In this document: positions 19,825 through 31,620 of the stretch, one piece after another
Layout of the letters: every line of letters starts with the position of its first letter
How positions within the stretch are numbered: the first letter of the stretch is position 1
Assembly (NCBI GenBank): GCA_963734495.1
Contig: CAVTHK010000007.1
Coordinates: forward strand, 352,001 to 416,000
From: an uncultured Spirochaetota bacterium
GTDB lineage: Bacteria; Spirochaetota; Spirochaetia; SZUA-6; CAVTHK01
Direction of reading: 5' to 3'
Length of the DNA stretch: 64,000 bases
The notes under the pieces: model-generated
Told to the model about the DNA's origin: nothing
The model's database searches: none
Seen by the model: only the letters and a program-made list of their open reading frames with translations
Program-made: the position numbers and the translations under genes

Positions 19825-22148
19825 TTGCGCTCCAGATCTCTCCTGGGTGTCCTGCTGCTGCTGCCGGCACTGATCGCCGCCGAGGTGGAGTTCGGGGGTC
19901 TCGACCTGACTCCCGACAACAGGCTCCTCTTCCGCGCGACGGTCGACCTGCCGGACTACGGAACGTACAGCACGCTCTTCCTGGCGGACGCCGGCGAGCG
20001 CAAGCTCAGCCAGCTCACCTTCTTCCCCGAGAAGGCGCTCGTCCTCAATGGCGAGCTCCAGGTCCAGAACCGATTCGGCGTCTTCCGCACGCGCGACGGC
20101 CTCAAGTCGATGGCGCCCGTGGATCTGTTTCCCTTCGTTCGCGTCGGGCGCCCAGGCCGAGACGGGCAGGCTCCTGCCTATCGAGTCGTCGCCCGACGGC
20201 CGGTTCCTCGTCTACGTCCGGCCGACGTCGGCGGCGTACGGCGACCTGCTCCTCTACGATATCGCCAGGTCGGCCGAGACGGTCCTTGCGAAGGCAATGG
20301 AGCTCTCCCTCGACCAGCCGCTCTCGCTCTGGTCGCCCGACTCCGCGTGGCTGGTCTACGCGTCGAGCGGCAGCCTGTACTACTACTCCATCGAGCAGCA
20401 CCGGGAGGGACGCGTCGTCGACGCGAGCTACCGGCGCATCGCGCCGGGCCGCATCGGAAGCGCCCGGTGGGCCTCCGCGGGGACGCTCACCTACGTGAGC
20501 GGCGATCTCGTGTACCGGATCAGGAGCGGCGAGTTCTTCACCAAGAGCCTCTACTTCGGGATCCTGAGCATGGGCGAGATCGTGGGGAAGATCCCCTTCA
20601 CCTTCGACCCCAATTTCGACAGCTTCTGGGTCTCGCCCGGACGGCGGGAAGATCCTCCTCGACAAGAGCGGACGCAACCTCTTTCTCTACTTCCTCGAGA
20701 CAAACGACTACGCGGGGGGCGAGACCCGCTCGCTGCCCTACCTGTACCTGCCGCGCAACGCGCGCATCCGGCGCGTCGCGTGGTCCCCCGACGACGTGAT
20801 CACGGTCCTCTCGGCGAGCGCGGTCAAGGGCCAGGAGGAGACGGCGGTCTTCCGCCTCCAGGTACCCGCAAGCCGCGACGTCACCGCGTTCACCCGCCTC
20901 GCGGACCAGGGCGTCCGCGACATCGTCCTCTCGCCGCAGGGGGACCGCATCGCGGTCGTGCAGCCGGGAGGGGTCAGCATCAGGAACACCCAGAGCTGGG
21001 CGTCGCTCAAGGAGATCGCCTCGGTCGATCCGTTCGCGGCGCTCTGGCTCAACGGCTCCGAGGTGGTGATAGCCGGCCGCTGGACGATCTCGCGCCACAA
21101 CCTGGACACCGGGGCAACGGCCCTCGTCACGCTGTCGCAGGCGGACGCCTCGGGTTTTTCCGCCGACCTCACGGCTGTCGTGGCTACCGCCGAAGGACGG
21201 GAGTGGCAGATGGCCGCCGAGCGCGGCTCGACGCCGCAGGCGGGCGGGCGAGCGCAGCCCGGCGTCGCGCACGGCGATTGGGCCGCGGCGGTGCAGGCCG
21301 CGGCACGCAAGGCCGACGTCGTGTCCCCGGACTACCGGGTGTACCTCGAGTCGAGCGCCCGGGGCAGCTACCGCAACCTCGTCATGGTGCGCAACGTGCG
21401 CGATTTCGGCACGGTTCCCCTCTTCCCGCCCGAACGGCTGCAATACGAGGCGTTCCCCGCCTACGACGAGCCGTCGAACTCCGACACGTTCGACCACGGC
21501 TCGCGGGTGCGCCGCCGCCAGCTCGCTCTCGTCTTCGACGTCGTGGACTCCATCGAAGGGCTGCCCTTGATCCTTGACGTCCTCAATCGCTACCGCATCC
21601 GCGCCACGTTCTTCGTCGGCGGCGAGGCCATCCGCCGCGCCCCCGGCGCCGTGCGGGAAATCGCGGAAAGCGGGCACGAGGTCGGGTCTCTCTTCTACCT
21701 GAACTTCGACATGACGGACACCCGCTACAGGATCGACAAGGAGTTCATCAAGCTCGGCCTCGCCCGGACCGAGGACGCCTATTTCGCGACCACGGGCCGC
21801 GAGCTCTCGCTCCTGTGGCACGCCCCGTGGTACTTCACCAACACGGACATCGTGGCGGCCTCGCGCGAGCTGAACTACACCTGCGTCGGCCGCGACGTGG
21901 ACAGCCTCGATTGGGTGGCGCGCGACGACCCGACGCCGGCCAGGGGCCTGTACATGCCGGCGTCACGCCTCGTCGAGCGGATCGTGGAGAAGAAGAAGCC
22001 GGGCTCGATCGTGCCGATCCGGGCGGGAGTTCCCAACGGCTATCGGGAGGACTACCTCTTCCAGAAGCTGGACCTCCTGATCAACGCGCTCCTGGCAAAG
22101 GGGTACGAGGTCGTCCCCGTCTCCAGGCTCATAGAGAACACTCGGTAA
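19825..22148 (+). CDS. Secreted beta-propeller plus NodB/polysaccharide-deacetylase-like protein; frameshifts ~20135 and ~20640
   Basis: Signal peptide; SPDG/WSPD propeller repeats; C-terminal ATFFVGG, HEVGS, DSLDW, KPGSIV, KGYEVVPVS. Confidence 0.72.
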
Positions 22149-22231
22149 GGGTCGTTGAATACGGACCGCAAAGAGGCTACACTGTGCTTACACAGTCGAC
22201 AGCTTGGCTGGGATCAAGGAGTGTCGGTACC

Positions 22232-22654
22232 TTGAACGGCGGCAACCCCCACGACGCGTATCGGCAGGTTCAGATCAAGACCGCCAACCAGGGCAGGCTC
22301 ATCCTGATGCTCTACGACGGCGCGGTCCGCTACATCGACGTCGCCCTCGAGGCCCTGCCGCACAAGCAGAGCCGGTACGACGTGGTCAACGCCGCGGTCG
22401 TCAAGGCGCAGGACATCATAGGCGAGCTCATGGCATCGCTGGACTTCGACAGGGGCGGCGAGCTCGCCCGCAACCTCTTCACGCTTTACGTCTTCATGAA
22501 CCGCCAGCTCCTGGAAGCCAACCTTCGCAAGACGGACAAGCCCCTGCTGGACGTTCGGCGCATGCTGCTCGAGCTGCGCGGCGCCTGGGCGCAGGTCGCG
22601 GGCAAGGCCGCGGCCAAGGACGGGGCGGCGAGCCGCGTCGACATCGCGGGATAG
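22232..22654 (+). CDS. fliS: Flagellar export chaperone FliS
   Basis: AYRQVQIKTANQGRLILMLYDGA, ELMASLD, NLFTLY, ELRGAW; TTG start after AAGGAG. Confidence 0.92.
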   Translation: MNGGNPHDAYRQVQIKTANQGRLILMLYDGAVRYIDVALEALPHKQSRYDVVNAAVVKAQDIIGELMASLDFDRGGELARNLFTLYVFMNRQLLEANLRKTDKPLLDVRRMLLELRGAWAQVAGKAAAKDGAASRVDIAG

Positions 22655-22658
22655 GCCC

Positions 22659-23117
22659 ATGGATTCCAGGGCGGCCGTGGCCGAACGGCTGCAATCCCTC
22701 TTCGACAGGCAGACCGAGTCCCTGCAGGAGTACCTGCGGCTCATCGAGGCGCAGGGCCGCTCGCTGCGGGACGGGAACGCGGCGCGCTTCGAGGCGCAGC
22801 TCGAAGCGGAGCGCGCGCTGCTCGACCGGCTGGTGGTCCTGCGACGCGCGTCGGACGGCCTGGAGCGCGCGTACCGCGAGGCTCACCCGGCAGGCGAGCA
22901 GGTCGCGGAGACCTCCCGCGCGCTGGCCGCGGCTGCGGCGGCGGCCGTGGCCCGCAGCGCCGACGGACGCAGGGCCGCGCTCACGGCGAGGCAGGCCGAG
23001 ATCGGGCGGGAGCTGCGCGCGATCGCGCGCAGCCTGGCGCGCACGCCGTCGCTCGCCGGCTCGCCCGGCCCGGGCCCCGGCCCCGACGCCGGCGGCATCG
23101 TGGACGTCTCCCGATGA
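22659..23117 (+). CDS. FlgN-like helical flagellar chaperone
   Basis: Helical protein directly after fliS; C-terminal 'IVDVSR' resembles FlgN-like tails. Confidence 0.5.
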   Translation: MDSRAAVAERLQSLFDRQTESLQEYLRLIEAQGRSLRDGNAARFEAQLEAERALLDRLVVLRRASDGLERAYREAHPAGEQVAETSRALAAAAAAAVARSADGRRAALTARQAEIGRELRAIARSLARTPSLAGSPGPGPGPDAGGIVDVSR

Positions 23118-25814
23118 GCGAGCCCCTCTACCTCGTAGACGGCTACAGCCTCATCTACCGCGCCTATTTCGCCTTTATCCGGCGGCCTCTCATCAATTCC
23201 AAGGGCCGCAACACGTCGGCGATCTTCGGATTCATGAGCATGTTCCTGCAGCTCCTGCGCACGCGCAAGCCCGCGCACCTTGCCGTGGCGCTCGACTCGC
23301 TGCGGCCGACGTTCCGGCGCGAGCGCTACCAGGAGTACAAGGCCACGCGGCAGAAGGCGCCCGACGACCTTCGCGCGCAGATCCCCGTGATCGAGCAGGT
23401 CCTCGAGGCGCTCGGCGTGCCGAGCGTCCGCGTCGAGGGCTATGAGGCCGACGACGTGATGGCGACGCTCGTCCGAAGCGTGCCGGCGGTCGGGCCGGCC
23501 CTGCTATATCTACTCCGGCGACAAGGACGTGCTGCAGCTCGTGGGCGGGGGCGTGCGCGTCCTGCAGCCGCCGCGCGGCTCGGAGAGCGAGCTCCTGGAG
23601 ATCGATTCCGAGCAGGTCAAGGAGCAGCGGGGCGTGGAGCCGGGCCAGATCGTCGACTACCTCGCGCTCGTGGGCGACAGCTCGGACAACGTGCCCGGGG
23701 TGGCGGGGGTCGGGGAAAAAACCGCGGTCAAGCTGCTGCAGCAGTTCGGATCGCTCGACGCGATCTACGAGAAGCTCGCGGAGGTGTCTCCCGAGAGCCA
23801 GCGCCGCAAGCTCGAGGCGGGCCGGGACAACGCGTTCCTGAGCCGCGACCTCGTGGTCCTGCGCCGCGACGCGCCGGTGCCGGCCGAGGCCGACGCCTAC
23901 GAGCTCAAGACGACGAGCGCCGACAAGGCGCTGGCGCTGCTGCATGCCGAAGAGATCCACGCCTTCGACAAGGAGCTCGGCGCCCGCGCGGCTGTGAGGA
24001 CCGAGGACCTCAAGCGGCTGCATCCGGGCAGCTATGCCACGGTGCTCACGCGCGAGGAGCTCGCGCGCTGGGTCGGCCGCGCGCGCGAGGCGCGCCGCTA
24101 CGCGCTGGACACCGAGACCGACAGCCTGGACGAGCTGGAAGCGACACCGCTCGGGATCTCGCTCGCGGTCGCTCCCGGCCAGGCGTGCTACATCCCTTTG
24201 CGCGCCCGCGGCGTGCCGTGCCTGGACGAGGCGGTCGTCCGCGGGGCGCTCGCTCCCCTCCTCTCGGACCCGGCGCTGCGCCTGATCGGCCAGAACGTGA
24301 AGTTCGACTACAAGGTGCTCAAGCGCTGGGGCGTGGAGATGGCCCGCCCCTGGCTGGACACGATGCTCGCCGCCTTCGCGCTGGACACGACGCGCAACGT
24401 CTACAGCCTCGAGCGGCTCGCGCGCGACCTGCTTGGCTACCAGACGCTCACCTACACGGATCTCATCCCCAAGGGTGAGGCCGCGACGCTTGCCGACCTC
24501 GACGTCGCCCGGGTCACCGACTACTCGGCCGAGGACGCCGACATCGCCCTGCAACTCGCCGGCGTCCTGGAGCCGCGCCTCCGCGAGGCCGGCCTGGAGT
24601 CGCTGCTCGCCGAGGTCGACATGCCCAACGTCAAGATCCTCGGCGACATGGAGCTCGCGGGCATACGGCTCGAGCCGTCGGTCCTCGCCGATTTTTCAAA
24701 GGAGCTCGAGACAAAGCTCGCCGCCATCGAGCGGTCGATCTACGCGGCGGTGGGCCGGGAGTTCAACATAGGGAGCACCAAGCAGCTTCAGGAGATCCTC
24801 TTCGTGGAGCGCAAGCTCAAGCCGGTCAAGAAGACAAGGACCGGCTTCTCGACCGACGCCGACGTCCTCGAGGAGCTCGCCCGCGAGGACGAAGTGTGCG
24901 CCGCGATCCTCGAGCACCGGAACCTCACCAAGCTCAAGAGCACGTACGTCGACACGCTGCCGACGCTCGTCAACGGGCGCACGGGTCGCCTTCATACCCA
25001 TTATGACCAGACCGGCGCCGCCACCGGCAGGCTCGCCAGCACCGACCCCAACCTGCAGAACATCCCGGTGCGCGACGAGCTCGGCCGCCGGATCCGCAGC
25101 GCCTTCGTCGCGGACGCGGGCTGGACGCTGCTTTCGGCCGACTACTCGCAGATCGAGCTCGTGATCCTGGCGGCGCGGTCGGACGACGAGCTGCTCAGGC
25201 GCGCGTTCCGCGAGGGGCGTGACGTGCACACCCAGACGACGGCGCTCCTGTTCGGCGCCGACGAATCGCTGGTGACGCCCGAGATGCGGCGCATCGGCAA
25301 GACGATCAACTTCGGCGTGATCTACGGGATGAGCGCGTTCCGGCTGTCGCGGGAGACGGGGATCCCGCGCAAGGACGCGGACCTGTTCATCAAAAGGTAC
25401 TTCGAGCGTTTCCGCGGCGTGACGCAGCTGATCGAGCAGAGCGTGCGCGACGCCGAGGACAAGGGCTACGTGACGACGCTGCGCGGGCGCAGGCGCCCGA
25501 TCCCCGCCATCCGCAGCGCGAACCGCACGGAGAAAGCGGGCGCCGAGAGGATCGCGGTGAACACCCCGATCCAGGGCAGCGCCGCGGACATCGTCAAGAT
25601 GGCGATGGTGGCCATCTCGCGGAAGCTGGCCGACGGCGGCTTTCGCGCGAGGCTGCTGCTGCAGGTGCACGACGAGCTCATCCTCGAAGTGCCAGACGAT
25701 GAGCTCGCTCCGGTCTCCGCGCTCGTCAAGGAGGCGATGGAGGGCGTCGTCGACCTCGGGGTGCCTCTGCGCGTCGGGCTGAAGACCGGGCGCAGCTGGG
25801 GCGACCTCGACTGA
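23114..25814 (+). CDS. polA: DNA polymerase I; frameshift ~23480
   Basis: LVDGYSLIYRAYFA, YEADD, GDSSDNVPGV, LDTET, TGRLAS.DPNLQNIP, DYSQIEL, KTINFG, QVHDEL. Confidence 0.96.
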
Positions 25815-25822
25815 TACGCACC

Positions 25823-26404
25823 ATGGTGATCGGAGTCGCAGGCGGCTATTGCGCGGGCAAGAGCCTCGCCGTATCGCGCCTCCGGGAGATGGGCTTTGCC
25901 GAGATCGACGTGGACCGCGTGGGTCACGCCGCCCTGGAACGGGAGAAGGCCCGCGTGGTCGGCAGGTTCGGCCCCGGGGTCGTCGGGCCGGGCGGCAGCA
26001 TCGACCGCCGCGCCCTCGGCAGGCTCGTCTTCGCCGATCGGCGTGCGCTCCGGGATCTCGAAGCGATCGTGCACCCCGCGATGGTCGCCGAAGTCGAACG
26101 GCTGCTCGCGGACGCACCGGGCCGCGCCGCCATCAACGCGGCCATCCTCTTCAGGATGGGACTGCAGCGCCTCTGCGACGTGGTCGTCTGCGTCCGGGCG
26201 CCGTTCCTGCTGCGCCTGGCGCGCGCGATGCGCCGCGACCGGGTCGGGCCGCTCGGCGCGGGGCGGCGAATCCTCGCCCAGGGGGCCGTCTGTCCTAAGA
26301 GCGGCTCAGCGGATGTCGATATACTGTATGTGAGCAACTCCGGAAGCAGGGAACGGCTCTTTGCGCGGCTCGAGCGATCTCTGCGCGCGAAAGGAGCGGT
26401 CTGA
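25823..26404 (+). CDS. coaE: Dephospho-CoA kinase
   Basis: IGVAGGYCAGKS, IDRRALG, LEAIVHP; follows polA. Confidence 0.85.
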   Translation: MVIGVAGGYCAGKSLAVSRLREMGFAEIDVDRVGHAALEREKARVVGRFGPGVVGPGGSIDRRALGRLVFADRRALRDLEAIVHPAMVAEVERLLADAPGRAAINAAILFRMGLQRLCDVVVCVRAPFLLRLARAMRRDRVGPLGAGRRILAQGAVCPKSGSADVDILYVSNSGSRERLFARLERSLRAKGAV

Positions 26405-26409
26405 AGGCG

Positions 26410-27095
26410 ATGGAAAAGCGAAACATAATGCTAGTGATCGGGTCGGTGACCCTCTTTCTCATAGTCGTGCTCGCCGCGGGGCTGTGGCTGTTCTGGCCGG
26501 AGCCCAAGCAGGCGAGCACGGGCGCGGCCGTGAGCGTGCGCCCGATCGGCCCGGAAGCCTTCGACAGCTTCGAGTACTACAAGGGCCGGCAGGAAGCTCC
26601 CCGGTCTCGAGGAGCCCAAGACCGGCACGCCGAAGCCCAGCCCGCTCACGCTCTCACTCGGAGAGACCGCGCCGCAGGCACCGGCCGTCAGCGTGGCGCC
26701 GCGCTCTCCCGCCGCGTCGCCGCAGGCGCGCCCCCGCCGCCCCGGCGGCGCCGGCCGCGTCCCCTGCCCGGCTGGCCGCCGCAGCCCCCAGGCCTGCGGC
26801 GGCGCCTGCGCCGCGGCCGACCACTCCGAGGCTCACCAGAGTGAGCGAGTACTGGATCCAGGCCGGCGCCTACAAGAGCCGTGTCAGCGCGGAAGGCCTC
26901 AACCGCAAGCTCGCGGAGATGGGCCTGGCCGGGACCATCACCACGCGGGACGTTTCGGGCGAGACCTACTTCCGCGTGAGGATCGGGCCGTACAGGAATG
27001 CGTCGGAAGCCGGCAAGTTCCTTTCCACGGTCAAGCAGGTCGAAGGGCTGGAAAGCAGCTACGTGTCCCGGATCACCCGGACAGCGACCAACTGA
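26410..27095 (+). CDS. Membrane-anchored SPOR-domain protein, frameshifted
   Basis: N-terminal TM, Pro/Ala linker, YWIQAGAY...YFRVRIGPY. Confidence 0.8.
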
Positions 27096-27103
27096 AGGGC
27101 GAG

Positions 27104-27175
27104 AGGCGCCGACCGGAATCGAACCGGTGCATAGAGGTTTTGCAGACCTCTCCCTTACCTCTTGGGTACGGCGCC
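27104..27175 (-). tRNA. tRNA-Cys(GCA), CCA not encoded
   Basis: GGCGCCG acceptor, GAGGT-CTGCAAA-ACCTC anticodon arm, GGTTCGATTCC T arm, U discriminator; upstream TGGACA-17-TAGATT. Confidence 0.95.
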
Positions 27176-27286
27176 TTTAAAACCGCGAATCTACCAGAAA
27201 CGGCCCCTTTTGTCCACAATGTCGGCGCTTCGCGGCCTGAGCGGCTTGACCCTGCGCGGGAGGCGCGCTCTAAACTCCGCCCTCGC

Positions 27287-28644
27287 ATGAGCCGCTTCGC
27301 CGACCCTGACGACGCCTTTGCCTACATCGAGTCGTTCACGAACTTCGAGCGGCGCCGCCTGACGCCCCTCGACCGGGAGTACCGGCTCGATCGGATGTTC
27401 TCTCTCCTCGAGCATTTCGGCCGCCCGCACGAGGCCTTCGCCTGCTTCCACGTGGCCGGCACCAAGGGCAAGGGGTCTACCGCGGCGTTCCTCGCCGGAG
27501 CCCTGCGGGCCGCGGGCCACAGGACCGGGCTTTACCTCTCGCCCCACGTGTCCTCCTACAACGAACGAATCACGATCGACGGCGACGCGGTCGCGCCCGC
27601 GCTGCTCACGGAGGTCGCGTCGCGGATCGCGGCGGAGCTCGACGCGGGGGCCCTCGAGGACCTGCGCGGCGGCTTCGGCCCGACGACCTTCGAGCTGCTC
27701 ACCCTGCTGGCTTTCCTGTGCTTCCGCGAGTCGGGCTGCCGGGAGGCGGTCATAGAGGTCGGCATCGGCGGCCGGCTGGACGCCACCAACGTCGTCACTC
27801 CGACGGCGAGCGTGATCACGCCCCTGGACCTCGAGCACACTCAGCTCCTCGGGGACACCCTCGCGTCGATAGCCCGGGAAAAGGCGGGCATCATCAAGCC
27901 GGGCCGGCCGGCGTTCGTCGGCCACCAGCTCCCCGAGGCGCGCGAGGTCTTCGCGGACGGTCGCCGCGGCGCGCGGGAGCAGCATCCGGTTCCTCGCGGA
28001 CCGCATCGAGAGGCTGGACGCGACCGTCGGCCGCGACGGCACGAGCTTCACTCTGAAGCTTTCCGGCGACGCCGAGCGCCGATTCCGACCTCGCCATGAC
28101 CGGCCGTTTCCAGGCCGAGAACGCCGCCCTGGCCTACCTCGCGCTGCGCGAGACCAGGCCGGAGATCCCGTTCGAGGCGGTGCGGAGCGGGATAGAGGCG
28201 GCCCGTCTTCCCGGCCGCATGGAAATCGCCGGCGTGCGCCCGCCCCTGGTCCTCGACGCCGCGCACACGCCGCTCGCCACCGAGCGCGTCCTCGAGAGCT
28301 TCCGCGAGATCTTCCCCGAGCGGGGCGTCCTGCTCTTCGGCTCGGTGGCCGGGCAAGCGGCCGGGCGACATGGCGCGCATCCTCGCCCCGGCGTTCAGGC
28401 ACGTGGTGATCACGACGCCCGGGCACCTTCAAGGAGAGCGATCCGGAAGGCCTCTGGAATCTCTTCCGCATTGAGCATCCCGCCGCGGAGCTGGAGAGGG
28501 ACCCGGCCCGCGCGCTCGACCGCGCCTTCGAGCTCTCGGGAGGAACGCTTCCCGATCCTGGTGACCGGCTCCTTCTACCTGCTCGGCGAGATCAAGAAGG
28601 CGCTCGCCGCGCGGGACCGGCGGGCGAGCCCCGCCGTCCTCTGA
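27287..28644 (+). CDS. folC: Folylpolyglutamate/dihydrofolate synthase, several frameshifts
   Basis: HVAGTKGKGST, SPHV, EVGIGGRLDATNV, EKAGIIK, PGRME, LDAAHT, VTGSFYL. Confidence 0.92.
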
Positions 28645-28758
28645 GACGCGCCACCGGGCGCGCCCGACCCCCATCCTTTGAAAGCCGCCGCTCGCATCGA
28701 GTAGAATCTGAAGCATGGATGCTCCTGCTTCGCCTGTCGGTCAACACAGGACGGCCGG

Positions 28759-30167
28759 GTGTCGCTGAACTGGCGGGAAATCGACGAGCTGCTCTCGGAG
28801 CTCGACCTCGAAGGTTGTCTCGTGCAGGACATCCGCCAGCCGACTCACGAGACGCTGGTCTTCGAGCTGCGCCGCCGGAACGAAGGGTTCCGCCTGCTCG
28901 ATCTCGCTCTCGAGCCGCAACGCCCGCCTGCATCGCCTCACCTCCGTGCCCCCGAACCCGGAGAAGCCGCCGCGGTTCGTGAGCTTCCTGCGCGCGCACG
29001 TGCGCGGGGGCCGCATCGTCCAGGCAGTCCAGGTCCGCGGCCAGCGGATCGTCAAGCTCGCGGTCGACCTCGGCGGCGAGGAGTGCGTTCTGTGGGTGCG
29101 CCTCTGGCCGACTGCGGCCAACGTCATCGCCACGGACCGCGACGGCCGCATCCTCGAGACCTTCTACCGCAGGCCGAAGCGCGGAGAGGTCGCCGGCGGC
29201 GAGTATGACGCCGAGGCCCTGTTCCGCGACTCCGGGCCCGCAAAGACCTTCGCGATCCGCGAGCTGCCCGGCGAGGGGGACTTCAACGCGCGGGTAGAGG
29301 CCCACTACCGGCACCTGGAGGAAGGCGAGGAGACGCAGAAGCTCCGCGACGCCCTCCTCGGCGAGCTCCGCTCGAGGGAGACCGGGATCCTCGTGCAGAA
29401 GGCGCGCCTGGAGAAACAGCTCGAGTCGCTCAAGGACCCCGGGCGGATGCGCCAGATCGGCGACATCATCATGGCCAACCTCCACCTCGTCGCTGCCAAG
29501 TCAGAGCGCCTCGAGGCCGAAGACTTTACCGACGGCGGGGCGACGATCGTGATCGAGCTCGACCCGCGCCTCAACGGACCGCGCAACGCCGAGAGATACT
29601 ACGAGCGGGCGTCGGCCGCCCGCAGGGGCGCGGAGCGGGTCCGCGAGGAGCTGGCCGCGCTCGAGCACGGCCTGTCGCAGGTCGCGGCCCGGCGCGAGGC
29701 GATCGACGGCGCCGGCTCGCTCGAGGAGCTGCGGGCGCTGCAGACGCGAGGCTCCCCGGCGGCGGCACGCGACCGCCCTGCCGGGCCTCCATTTCCGCTC
29801 GCAGAGCCACAGGATCATGGTGGGAAGGAGCGCGGCCGACAACGACGAGCTGCTGCGCTCGTACGTCGCCGGAAACGACTACTGGTTCCACGCCCGCGAC
29901 TGGCCGGGCGCCTACGTGTTCGTCAAGACACCCAGGGGCAAGAGCGTCCCGCTCGAGGTCATGCTCGACGCCGCCAACCTGGCGGTCTTCTACTCCAAGG
30001 GCCGGACCGTGGGCAGCGGCGACGTGTACTACACGCAGGTCAAGTTCCTCCGCCGGGCCAAGGGAGGCAAGAGCGGCCTCGTCATTCCGACGCGCGAGAA
30101 GAACCTGTTCGTGCGGCTCGACAGCGGCCGCGTGGAGCGGGTGAGGCAGTCGCAGGTGGTGGAATGA
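28759..30167 (+). CDS. NFACT family (Rqc2/RqcH/FbpA-like) protein; frameshifts ~28900 and ~29770
   Basis: MSLNWREID, F..FLRA, coiled coil, IELDP...NAERYY, VGRSAADNDEL, WFHARDWPGAYV, AANLA..YSK, VYYTQVK. Confidence 0.85.
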
Positions 30168-30995
30168 GCATGCGCAAGGTGAGGGCGCCGGTCGTCGACG
30201 ACATCTTCTATCCGGCCGAGCGTGAGGCGCTCGACGATGCCGTGCGCGGGCTGCTCGACCGCTCGGCCGCGGCCCCCGCCGAGACGCCAGCCCTGATCCT
30301 GCCTCACGCCGCCTACTCGATCGCAGGCGACCTGCTCGCGGCGGGGTTCCGCTCGGCGTCGCGCCGCCGGACCGAGCGCGTGGTCATCCTCGCCCCGATG
30401 CACAGGGACGCGGGCAACCGCGTCGTGCTGCCGGAATCGAGCGCGTTCCTTACGCCGATGGGCGAGACCCCGGTGGACGATAAGACGATCGGCGAGCTCG
30501 AGGGATGGAGCACCGCGATCATCCGCAACGACGTGCCGCACCTGGAAGAGCACGCCGTCGAGGTCTGCCTTCCCTTTATCCAGGTCCTCTTTCCCGGGGC
30601 CTCCCTGGTCCCGATCCTCGTGGGCCGCGCGCCCGCGGGGCTCCTGAAGACCGTGGGCCGCGCGCTCACCACCGCGCTCGGCGGACGGCTGGGACACCAC
30701 GCTGCTGGTGGCGTCCACCAACCTGAACGGCGACTCCGGCGGCCTGCGGGAGGCCAACTCGTTCCTCAGCGCGCTGGGGGTCACGAGGGCGCGCGCGCGC
30801 GTGCGCGCCTCCGCGCGGGCGGCGGCGATCATCGAAGGGGCGCGCTCCGGCCGCATCACCGCGTGCGGCGCCTACCCGGTCGCGGCGATGCTGGAGCTGG
30901 CGCCCGCGGCCGGGATGCCGCGCCTCCTGGCCCGCGGCGACTCGGGCAACGAGGCGCCGCGACGCACGTACTACGGAGCGGTGGCGCTAGGGTGA
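30164..30995 (+). CDS. amrB: Memo-like AmmeMemoRadiSam protein B; frameshift ~30690
   Basis: VRAP...FYPA, LPHA, TPMG, EEHAVEVCLPF, ACG, DSG, YYGA; ATGA overlap with the NFACT stop. Confidence 0.78.
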
Positions 30996-31011
30996 CAAGG
31001 GGGAGACGAAA

Positions 31012-31620
31012 TTGAGCTTTGTCCTGACGGAAGACGAGCAGCGGACGCTGCTCGAGACGGCGCGGGCCGCCATCACCTCGCAGCCGCAGGCCCCGCCGGG
31101 GCCGCGGCCCGAGCCGAGCGCGGCGCTGCTCACGCCCTGCGGCGCCTTTGTGACGCTCCACGAGCGCCTCGCCGACGGCGGGCTCGAGCTGCGCGGCTGC
31201 ATCGGCTACGTGGAGGCCGGAGCGCCCCTGCTGGAGACGGTCCGCCGCGCGGCCAGGGCGGCCGCGTTTCACGACGCGCGCTTCGTCCCGGTCACCGCCG
31301 CGGAGCTGCCGCGCCTCGAGATCGAGATTTCGGTGCTGTCGCCGCTCACGCCCGTGCGCGACCCGGCGGAGATCGTCGTCGGCGAGCACGGCATCGTGAT
31401 CCGCAGCGGCATGCGCTCGGGACTGCTGCTCCCGCAGGTCGCGACGGAGCGCGGCTGGGACCGCGAGACCTTCCTCGGGCACACGTGCCTCAAGGCGGGG
31501 CTTCCGCGCAACGCCTGGAAGGAGCCGGGAGTCGCGATTGAAATCTTCTCGGCTCTCGTGTTCAATGAGCGCGACCTCGGTATATTGGTAAAAAGCGATC
31601 GGACGGAGCGCAACGGATGA
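31012..31620 (+). CDS. amrA: AMMECR1-domain AmmeMemoRadiSam protein A
   Basis: GAFVTL, LRGCIG, AAFHDARF, IEISVLS, GLLLPQV, CLKAG. Confidence 0.9.
   Translation: MSFVLTEDEQRTLLETARAAITSQPQAPPGPRPEPSAALLTPCGAFVTLHERLADGGLELRGCIGYVEAGAPLLETVRRAARAAAFHDARFVPVTAAELPRLEIEISVLSPLTPVRDPAEIVVGEHGIVIRSGMRSGLLLPQVATERGWDRETFLGHTCLKAGLPRNAWKEPGVAIEIFSALVFNERDLGILVKSDRTERNG

Noticed and set aside
28946..31015. 689-aa NFACT-Memo fusion ORF
   Set aside because: The NFACT C-terminal domain is in another frame (29817-30167) with its own stop; the fusion is a frameshift artefact
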